From: Rebecca billardiae RCC1528
Lineage: Eukaryota > Protista > Haptophyta
Assembly (NCBI GenBank): GCA_965240325.2
Contig: OZ251233.1
Coordinates: 1,116,001-1,180,000 of the forward strand
Reading direction: 5' to 3'
DNA: 64,000 nt
Shown: piece by piece, positions 55,683-64,000 of the stretch
Position numbering within the stretch: position 1 is the first letter of the stretch
How the letters are laid out: each line of letters starts with the position of its first letter
The notes under the pieces: generated by a model
What the model saw: the letters and a program-made list of their open reading frames with translations, nothing else
Databases searched by the model: none
What the model was told of the DNA's origin: nothing
Program-made: the position numbers and the translations under genes

Positions 55683-55917
55683 CGTCCGGCCCCGCTGCTG
55701 CTGCTGCTGCGCGCGAAAAGCCGCCGTTCGCATAGCGGGTGGCGCCGTGGTCGCGGTCCCAGACACTCGGGCGAAGTCGACGCGCGAGTTTCAGACTGCT
55801 CGGACGCTCGACGTACAGATCTAGAGCGGCAGATCGCGCTGAGATTTCAGATTGCAGCAAGCGGCGGCCCGGGTTTCTCACCAATACTACGTAATAAGTT
55901 ATTTAAGTGTTCTCACG

Positions 55918-56712
55918 ATGGTCGATGACGATGGCCTTGCAAGGCTGAAGGCCGTCCGCGACAGCGCGCTGGCGGCGCGGACGCATTCGGCCCGTCCGAC
56001 AGCAGCAGCATCCGCCCCCGTCACCCCCGCCAAGGCGCCGCTGCCTCACGTAACCTCGGACGTGACCGGCGCGGCTCCAGCGGGCGCGCTCGCAGAAGCG
56101 CTCGAGCAGAATCGCAGGCTGCGCCGCCAGCTTGACGCGGCGCGACGCGCGGCGGAGGAGGCATCGCTCGCATGCAAGACGGCTCAGCAGCAACTCGCCA
56201 CCGCGACCGCGCGCGAGGCCGCGGCGCAGGCCGAGCTCCTCATGCTCGCGCGCGCGTGTGACGAGCAGGGCGCGCTGGCCCACCACTTGCAAGCGACGAG
56301 GCGCACGCTCGAGCTCGAGCTGCACACAGCGTACGCAGCGCTTCGGGAGCACGAGCAGCTGTGCGCCGAGCTTGCCGCGGCCAATCGGCGCGCCGAGCGG
56401 GAGCGCGCGCAGGCTGATCTCGGCGTGCGCATGCTCGATGACGAGCGCGAGCACCGAGCGGCGGCGGAGGCGGACCGCGCACGGCTCGTGGTGGCGGTGC
56501 GTCATCTGGAGGCCGAGCTGGCGCGTGCGAGGGCTCTGCAGGCAGCAGACGATGGGCAATACGCCGCCGAGAGGGTCGCTGCGCCCACGACGCCGGCGTG
56601 GGCCCAGAGCGCGATGGGCGCGCCGCCGCGCCGTAGCCCCATGCGTGACGCCCTGTGCAACCTGGGTGGGAGCGCGGCCTGCCGCCAGCTCCCAGACAAC
56701 CCCTTTGATTGA
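55918..56712 (+). CDS. Hypothetical coiled-coil protein
   Basis: ATG at 55918; long Ala/Glu/Arg/Leu heptad region; head-to-head with UPM1. Confidence 0.6.
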   Translation: MVDDDGLARLKAVRDSALAARTHSARPTAAASAPVTPAKAPLPHVTSDVTGAAPAGALAEALEQNRRLRRQLDAARRAAEEASLACKTAQQQLATATAREAAAQAELLMLARACDEQGALAHHLQATRRTLELELHTAYAALREHEQLCAELAAANRRAERERAQADLGVRMLDDEREHRAAAEADRARLVVAVRHLEAELARARALQAADDGQYAAERVAAPTTPAWAQSAMGAPPRRSPMRDALCNLGGSAACRQLPDNPFD

Positions 56713-56905
56713 GCTAGGCTACTCGTGATGATGACTCTGCTGATTCCAATAACGATGAAATGTAATATCGTGGCGCGGCTGGAGGTGTATTATATATATT
56801 AATTTATTTTCAGAGGGAAGGGCTCGCGCCTCGCGGGCCCCCGGTCGACGGGTTTGAGTCATTGAGGCAATTGAGGCAATTGAGGCAACGTACCGGGTCC
56901 GGGAC

Positions 56906-57058
56906 CAGTCTACAGATCAAATATATATCTATATTATTGTCAAATATATTGACGAGTTGTTGGCCCTGCCTGTATCCGCTACAGTCTACAGATCAAATAT
57001 ATATCTGCTATATTATTGTCAAATATATTGACGAGTTGTTGGCCCGCCTGTATCCGCT
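56906..57058. repeat. AT-rich tandem duplication of about 76 bp
   Basis: CAGTCTACAGATCAAATATATATCT...TTGACGAGTTGTTGGCCC...GCCTGTATCCGCT at 56906-56980 and 56982-57058; preceded by ATTGAGGCA three times. Confidence 0.85.
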
Positions 57059-57167
57059 GGCATGGGTATCCGCGACTGACGCCCGATGCATGCTGATTCA
57101 TGATCTACATGAGTCGAGCTGACAGCCCGAAGCGCCCGAGCCGTGCAGACTGTCTCAGTCTCACTCC

Positions 57168-58118
57168 TCAGAGCTCCATCTTAACGTCCGAGCCGCCCTC
57201 TGCAATCGCCTTCGCCATCCCGCCCAAGAAGAGCGGCGGCGGGATGAAGCCGGAGGTCATGCCACTGGAGACCTCGATCGACTCGCCCGAGATGTAGCCG
57301 GAGTCTTCGCTGAGCAGAAACGCCACGGCGCTCGAGACCTCCTCCGGCTTCACCCAGCGCCCACCCGGGTGGAGGCTGCTGAAGAATTTGGCCATCGCGT
57401 CCGAGGAAGACATCATGCTCGTCATCTCCGAGACCACACCGCCCGGCAGGATGTTGTTCACCCGGATCCCTTGCGTCCCGTAGTCGAGCGCGGCGGCGCG
57501 CGCCATGTTGAGAAGCGCCGCCTTCGAGGTGGAGTACGCGCCGGCGTTGGGCATCGCCAGCCGCGAGACGACCGATCCGCAGTTGACGATCGTGCCGTGC
57601 ACGCCCTGCTTGATGAACTGCCGAATCTCGGCGCGCATCGAGTAGAACACGCCGTCCACGTTGGTTCCAAGCACCTTGCGCCAGTTCTCGTCAGTCAGAT
57701 CAGCCAAAGGCCCCATCTCTCCGAAGAAGCCCGCATTGTTGAACGCCGCGTCCAGGCGGCCAAACTTGGCAACTGTCTCCTGCACCATCTGATCGCAGTC
57801 GGCTGAGTTGGTCACGTCCGCTCGGATGAAGTGCGCGACCCCACCTTTCGACTTGACGAGCTTCTCGACATCCTTACCTTTCTCGACACGGCGCCCCGTG
57901 AATGCAACCTTGCAACCCTCGGCCGCGAGGTGGAGCACCGTGTCCCGACCGATGCCCGAGGTTGCGCCGGTCACGAGGCAGACTTTGCCTTGAAAGCGGC
58001 CCGCGCGCACTGCAGAGGCGTCGCGATTGGCGGGGTCGTAGGGCGGGATGGGCGGCGCGCTATCCTCGGCCCGAGCCAGAGCCGTAAGGCTCGCGATGGC
58101 GAGGATCGCACGGCGCAT
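57168..58118 (-). CDS. Classical short-chain dehydrogenase/reductase with signal peptide
   Basis: TGATSGIG, FNNAG, catalytic YSTSK, IRVNNILPG; N-terminal MRRAILAIASLTALARA. Confidence 0.9.
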   Translation of the reverse strand: MRRAILAIASLTALARAEDSAPPIPPYDPANRDASAVRAGRFQGKVCLVTGATSGIGRDTVLHLAAEGCKVAFTGRRVEKGKDVEKLVKSKGGVAHFIRADVTNSADCDQMVQETVAKFGRLDAAFNNAGFFGEMGPLADLTDENWRKVLGTNVDGVFYSMRAEIRQFIKQGVHGTIVNCGSVVSRLAMPNAGAYSTSKAALLNMARAAALDYGTQGIRVNNILPGGVVSEMTSMMSSSDAMAKFFSSLHPGGRWVKPEEVSSAVAFLLSEDSGYISGESIEVSSGMTSGFIPPPLFLGGMAKAIAEGGSDVKMEL

Positions 58119-58619
58119 GATTGCGCCAGGCCCAAAGTTTGCGCCCGTCCACCCTGGTCCACCACCCGACGTAGTTGGGCGGTTGGCCCGGCCGGAGTGC
58201 CGCCGGACTGTCCGGTGCTAGCTATTTAGCAGCGGGTGATTTCGATGACTGCTACTAGTAGTACTACCAGTGCTACACTGCTAAGACGACTAGTTATAGA
58301 TAATCCGTCAGCCTAACGGTTACAGTGGATACACGGCCCTTGGTGGACAGTCAAGATCGTTGGCAGGGCTGAGCTCTGCTGGCGCAGCCTGACATATGAC
58401 GTCAGACTTTATAATTAAATAACAGTCGATCATCTATTAAACTACTTATAGAAGTAGAGTACTACAAGTCTGCTTGATTCAGCCGACTCATGAGTAACTG
58501 CGGATGGACCGGTGCTGACGGTAGACGGGCCGATGTCCCATCGTCCAGCATCCAGTCCGATCAGAGTCAGACCCAGCGCTGCACGACGGATGACGTCGTC
58601 ACTGTGACTGGCGCGCAAC

Positions 58620-59972
58620 TCAAGCCTGCTGCTGCGCATCTGGCAGCATGCCGCGGCCACCCTCGCTCGGGCGCAGCGCGCGAAGGCCCGCGAGGCTCGC
58701 GTCGATCGCGCCTGCCAGCTCGCTCGCGCGCGCCTCGCCGAGCTCGGCCGCATGACTCGCGGCCACGTGCGCGTGCAGCGTCTCGCGCGGCAGGACGGCC
58801 AGCTGCATCTCAGCGCTGGCGTACAGGGCACGCGCGCGCGCGTACGCGTCGCGCGCGCGAGGCGGGAGCGGCGGCAGGTGGCGGCTCGGCGTGGCCGACG
58901 GCGCGTACACCGCGTCCAGAAGGGCGTACTTGAGTCCTGCCTCCTCCTCCGCGGCGGCGCCGTCCATCGAAGCGGCCGGCGGCTCGGCGGTGAGCGCGTG
59001 CACCGCCCCGGCGAGCTGTGTGGCGGTTGTCGCGTCCGAGGCGGCGCGCGCCCACAGCTCACGGATGGGCTCGACGTGCGCCTGGCCGACGACGCCGACG
59101 ATCGCGCCCACCGGACCACCCGCCGCGCCACCCTCGCCGTCGGCCTGCGCCGCCGCCGCGCTCGTCAGCCAGAGCTCGCGCAGCGCAGCGCACATTACAC
59201 TGTCTCTCTCGTCAAGGACCGCGCGCGCGTGCGGCCGCTGCGTGCGCACGCGCTCCGCGAAGAGGCGGTCGAGCTCAGCCGCCGTGTGCTCGGCGAGGCA
59301 GCGGGCCCACGTGATGCGCTTCGGCCGGTCGATGTGCACGACGCGCGCGCCGGACGCCCACGCGCCCACGATGGCGAGGGCCTCGGTGGCGGGCATGGCG
59401 GCGCACACGCGCGCCCACTCGGCCGAGCGAAGGAGCGCGGCCGGACCCGCGGCGTGCAGGTCAGCGAGCTCGTCGGCGACAAGGCCGAGCAGGCACGCGT
59501 CGGCACGCTCGAGCTCCGCCCCGACCGCGCCATCGTCGCGTGCGCTCTCCAGCGCGACGACCGCCGGCCTTGCCGTCACGATGGCTTCAATCAGCCGCCT
59601 GTCGCGGCGGGAGTGATGGATGCCGTGCAGCTGCACGGGCGCCCCGCCCGGCGCGAGGGGCGCGAGCGCGATCGGCTCGACCGGCTCGCCCTGCGCCACG
59701 CCCGCCGACTCGTCAGCGTCGCCGAGGTGCGCCGCGCCCGCGCCGACCTCGGTCATGAGCTCGATGGCAGACTTCTTGCTCGATCGCTGCCACTCGCGCG
59801 CGAGTTCGTAGCGCCGCAGCCGCTCGCAGCACTCGATGGCCTCGACGGCGATGAACGCGCTGACGGGCTGGTCGAGACGTCGCGTGAGCTCGAGTCGGTT
59901 GAGCCGCTCCGCCCATGCATGCGCGCTCGTTGTGCACAAGCGCACGTGCGCCAGAGCGCGGGCCGCCGGCAT
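58620..59972 (-). CDS. TraB/TIKI-superfamily domain protein
   Basis: LHGIHHS...RPAVVALE...GARVVHIDRPKRIT...LDERDSVM...IVGVVGQAHVEPI follows the order of TraB motifs. Confidence 0.7.
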   Translation of the reverse strand: MPAARALAHVRLCTTSAHAWAERLNRLELTRRLDQPVSAFIAVEAIECCERLRRYELAREWQRSSKKSAIELMTEVGAGAAHLGDADESAGVAQGEPVEPIALAPLAPGGAPVQLHGIHHSRRDRRLIEAIVTARPAVVALESARDDGAVGAELERADACLLGLVADELADLHAAGPAALLRSAEWARVCAAMPATEALAIVGAWASGARVVHIDRPKRITWARCLAEHTAAELDRLFAERVRTQRPHARAVLDERDSVMCAALRELWLTSAAAAQADGEGGAAGGPVGAIVGVVGQAHVEPIRELWARAASDATTATQLAGAVHALTAEPPAASMDGAAAEEEAGLKYALLDAVYAPSATPSRHLPPLPPRARDAYARARALYASAEMQLAVLPRETLHAHVAASHAAELGEARASELAGAIDASLAGLRALRPSEGGRGMLPDAQQQA

Positions 59973-60045
59973 CGCTGACACAGCGCAGTACTGACTGTAT
60001 GAGTGGTATCGCACGCTGATGCAGAGCGCGGCAGCGCGCCGCACG

Positions 60046-62174
60046 ATGGCGAAGCACAGGCCTCAAGCCGGGCAAGCGGCCGTGCCGGTCGTCCCGCCGG
60101 CGCTGGAGGAGCAGAGGGTGGCGGGCGCGCCGACGCCTGGCGGTACCGGCACGCTGGGCTCCGTCGCCGCCTCCTCGCTCGGCGTGGTGCTGCGCGCGGT
60201 CATCATGTATTGTGTACTGATGTTTGCCATGCGCCATTTCACGCACTCCTATGCCGCCTCGAAGCAGCTGCGCGCGCCGGCGTCGCGCAAGGGGGAGGCG
60301 GAGCGCGCGCTCGGGCTGACGAACGGCTTTGCCGACATCCCCCTCGAGCTCCGCGTGTACGTGAGCGAGGAGCGCATCTTTGCCCGCTTCGACGACCCTG
60401 CCGCGCTCGCTTGGGCAGCTCAGTTCACGCTGGCCGATGGCGCGGGCACGCGCGCGCAGGCGGACGTGACCGTGCGCGCGACGGCCGAGCTGCTGCGCAA
60501 CGAGACCTCCGCCTGGGCACACATCTACGTCACCCACGCCGGCTCCTCGTGCGACCCGGACTCCCCGGACTACTCGCCATCTGGGACGACCGTGCGTCAT
60601 TACCCACTTGTGCAGTACGCACCGGATGCGCCAGAGAAGCAGCTGCGCTCGCTTGTCGGCGGCGAGCGCGAGGCGGGCACGGGGATTTCAGTGGATGGCT
60701 CTTCGGAGAGGAGCGACGAGCCCACCTCGACGAGCCCCGCCGACACCGCCGCCGAGCCCGCGCCGAGCGGCGCGCGCGCGCCACAGTGGCGGAGCTCCAT
60801 GCTGATTCAGCTGTCCGCGGATATCACGGCCTTCCCGCAGCCAGCGGCGATGCCCGAGGCGATCCGGGAGCACGTGAAGGTGTTCGCCGTGCCCGCGCGC
60901 GGAGGCGTGCGCGCCGCCGCCGCGTCGCCCCTCGCTGAGCCCGCGGCCGAAGCCACCGGCACTTCGCTCCGCACGGCGCCGGCCTCTGGCGCTGCGCTCG
61001 AGGCGCCGCGCCTGCGGTACGCGCCGCGCCCGTTTGTGAACGAGGTCTGGCTCAGTCCGGAGGCGCTGCTGCCGCTGAACGCGTCGGTGACGGAGCTGCC
61101 GCTGCACATCGAGTTCTCGCTCGTCTCGCTGATGAAGCTCACGCTCATGTCGCAGCTCGCCAAGGCCATCGACAGCCACGCCGAGCGGAGTGGCGGCCAC
61201 GAGGGCGAGCGCGGCGCCGCGGCGGCAGAAGAGCTTCGCCGGCTGCTGACGGAGACCTCGCCCTGGCTGCTGGCGATCACGTTCGTCGTGACGGTGCTGC
61301 ACTCGCTCTTCGACTTCCTCGCGTTCCAGAACGACATCCGCTTCTGGCGCGGCACCAAGAGCATGGAGGGCCTCTCGAGCCGCGCGCTCCTAGTGAACGT
61401 AACCGTCCACTTTGTGATCTTTCTCTATCTAGTTGACAACGACACGTCGCGCATGGTCGTCGTGTCGAACGGCGTCGCGCTCGCGATCGAGGCGTGGAAG
61501 GTGCACCGCGTGTGCGCGCTCGAGCTGGCGTGGGCGCCGGCCCCGCTCGGCGCGCGCGTGCCGTGGCCGCGCCTGCGCGAGCGCCACGGCTTCTCGCACG
61601 CGCGCACGGCCACATACGACCAGCAGGCGGCCGGCTATGTCGCGTGGGTGCTGCTGCCGCTGGTCGCGGGTGTGAGCTGCTACTCGCTTCTCTACTCGCA
61701 GCATAAGAGCTGGTGCGCGCGCGCGAGGGGGCGCGCGCTGCGCGCCGCGTGCGCGCCGTGCAGCACGCGCTGGCTGCGCGTTCCACCGATCCGCGTGCAC
61801 ACCGTCGCCTCCGGCCGCGCCCCTCGGCGATGCTGCGCGCGCCCTGCCGCGCGCATCACCGCCTCAGGTACTCGTGGCTGCTGAGCTCGCTCGTGAGTGC
61901 GGTGTACTCGTTCGGCTTCGCCAACCAGGCGCCGCAGCTCTTCATCAACTACAAGCTGAAGAGCACCGCACACATGCCGTGGAAGACGCTCGTGTACAAG
62001 GCGCTCAACACCTTCATCGACGACCTCTTCGCGTTCATCATCCAGATGCCGACGATGCACCGACTCTCGTGCCTGCGCGACGACGTGATCTTTCTCATCT
62101 ACCTATACCAGCGCTGGGCGTACGGTGTCGACCGGAAGCGCGCCAACGAGTATGGGCAGCGCGCGGCGGACTGA
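60046..62174 (+). CDS. CLPTM1: CLPTM1-family membrane protein; exons 60046-61712, 61868-62174
   Basis: ETSPWLLAIT...LHSLFDFLAFQNDIRFW...SMEGLS; HKSW|YSW; PQLFINYKLKSTAHMPWKTLVYKALNTFIDDLFAFIIQMPTMHRLSCLRDD...YLYQRW. An alternative ATG is at 60019. Confidence 0.95.
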
Positions 62175-63437
62175 GACGTGACCCGAAAGCCACGTGTGCT
62201 CGGCGCCCAGACCGTGTGACCCTGAGGGAAGTATACGATGACGCGACAAACTCAAAACTGGCGCAACGCAGCAGCAGTCGTGGTCATCGCACTGCTCGTC
62301 GTCCTTGGACGACCTTGGCATAGTGGCAAAACGCGCCGCGATGATCTAGAGTCTCTGACGAGACGATACACAGTGCCGGAAAACTGCTCAGGGTGACGTT
62401 TTAAGTTGTCCGCACCACTAGTCGAATCATCGGACAATTCTGAAGCGGTGCGCCTAAATTCGGCGCACCATAGGCGCGTCGAATCGTGGCACAGACCTTG
62501 GTAGCAGGCCACACCTGAGCGCGCTGCGCGCGCCGACGCGCGCTCGGCGCGGGCAAAAAATCATGCGCCGTTGGCATTACGCAGCCCCGCGCAGCGCTGT
62601 GCTCGAGCTCGGCGGCGGCGAAAGCGGGCGGGCGCACACGGCGGTGCCCGTGCGCGCTGCTCCGAGCGCAGCTGCGGCCACCCCGGCGGCATGCCGCCGG
62701 TCGAGGGCACGAAAACCGATTTTTCGGGAAAATGCAGAGCAGCGGCGCCCGAGCGCGCCCGAGCTCGTCGCAGCACAGTCTCCTGGTGGCTGCGCCCCGT
62801 GAAGCCACGCCACGCGGGGCGCTGGCGTGCGCGTGGCCTGCGCCCACCGTGCGCTGCCCCATCATGGCCGTCGACCGCTCCGAGCGCCTCACCACGCGTG
62901 CTCGAGCCCACCGATACTGACGCCCGAGCACGGTGCCGGCAGCGCTCGCAGGTGGGCGTCGGAGAAAACACGCCGGCCGAACGAGCTTGAAGCGTCCGCC
63001 GCGATGCCAACGGCAGCGGACGACGTGCGCGCCACCTCGGCGCCAGTCGCCCAGCCCTTGCGCGGCGGTGCGGGCTCGCTCGTTCGCCGCCATCAGCTGC
63101 GCGCGCGCAGCCCGATCACTGCCCGCTGGTTCTGTTGTCGAGCAGCTGCGGCCTGCCACGCGCACTGCCGGACATTGAGCCACAGCGCGAGCACGCGCCT
63201 CGTCTGGCACGCGCGAGCACTCAGCACCGTGCGTGGCCACCATGACGCGCCCATCTGCGCCAGCAGCGATGAGCACGCCGCCGTTCAGCTCGAATCGGGC
63301 TCGCTCGCGACGCAGCAACGCGCGGCCGTAGCGGCGGCAGCAGCGCCGTCGAGCACGCGCGGCAAACAAATATGCAGCGCGGGCGAGTCGACGGTCTGGA
63401 AAATGCGCGATCACGCCACAGCAGGCTGGCAGAGCCC

Positions 63438-64000
63438 GCCCGAGCTGCAGCATGCCGTAGGTGCTGCCCCAAGCTCTCGACTGCCCGTAAGCGGCGGCAT
63501 GTGCGGCGGCGCCGGCGGCGGCCATGCTGCCACGCCGTTGCGCGCCGCGGGGCGCCGTCGGCACCTCCGTGGTGAAGCGCACAGAGCTCGAGCCCACGGG
63601 GGCTGGCGACCGTCAAACCGACACCCCATGACGCGGGGCTGCGTGCGCCAGCTGCGCGCACTCCGTGGGCCCACCTAGCCCGCTCGAGCAGCTCGCCTTG
63701 GGTGCGCGCAGCGGCTCGAGCACACTGGTATGGGACGCCTGCCTGCGGTGCCGCCGAGCACATGCGGCCGACGGTCACTCAGCACGGGCGACTCGACGGC
63801 GGCGAGCAGGCGCGACGGCCTCGCCGCGCCGCGGAAAAGCCTGCCCGGGCTGCAGCACGCCGTAGGAGCAGCCCAGCGCCCTCCTCCGCCCTCCAGCTTC
63901 GGCGCGCGCAGCAGGCCCGGCGGCGGCCATGCTGGCGTGCCCAAGCATGAAGATGGGCGCGGCCGGCCGCGCCGTCGCAAAGCGCGCAGAACTCGAGCTC
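63438..64000. repeat. Degenerate direct repeat, period about 405 bp, running off the window edge
   Basis: GCCCG(A/G)GCTGCAGCA(T/C)GCCGTAGG at 63438 and 63843; CCGGCGGCGGCCATGCTG at 63512 and 63917. Confidence 0.55.

Noticed and set aside
62417-62468. Helitron 3' end (hairpin plus CTAG|T on the minus strand)
   Set aside because: The hairpin is about 24 nt from CTAG, farther than typical, and no Rep/helicase or 5' end is visible.

Overview
Very GC-rich eukaryotic genomic DNA, not prokaryotic. It is gene-dense, with short (about 100-200 bp) GC-rich spliceosomal introns (GTGCGC-type donors, GCTCAC/GCTGAC branch points, CGCAG acceptors) and AT-rich or microsatellite spacers. Signal-plus-transit leaders and the overall style suggest a secondary-plastid alga such as a haptophyte (inference). 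About 20 protein-coding genes are supported: three sulfotransferases (two in tandem), a Trx-Grx monothiol glutaredoxin, a PP2A B''-gamma-like subunit, VAC14, a GT47 exostosin, an extensin-LRR-TM surface protein, a divergent SMC4-like ATPase, a full-length ABCA transporter, an ARM/IQ protein, uroporphyrinogen-III methyltransferase, an SDR, a TraB-like protein, CLPTM1 and several hypotheticals. Fourteen of these form seven tight head-to-head pairs. The most striking non-coding structure is a 2,492-bp non-autonomous foldback element (9689-12180). It has 351-bp TIRs built from palindrome arrays, a 9-bp target-site duplication and a nested inner inverted repeat, and it sits inside a roughly 95-bp bidirectional promoter. 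Also present are an 858-bp CCC...GGG foldback/MITE with a 3-bp TSD (49960-50817), a perfect 138-bp hairpin (25904-26041) and a 25-bp minisatellite. Most entries in the ORF track are shadow ORFs caused by high GC. No rRNA, tRNA or CRISPR array was recognised. All calls were made by eye, without database searches.
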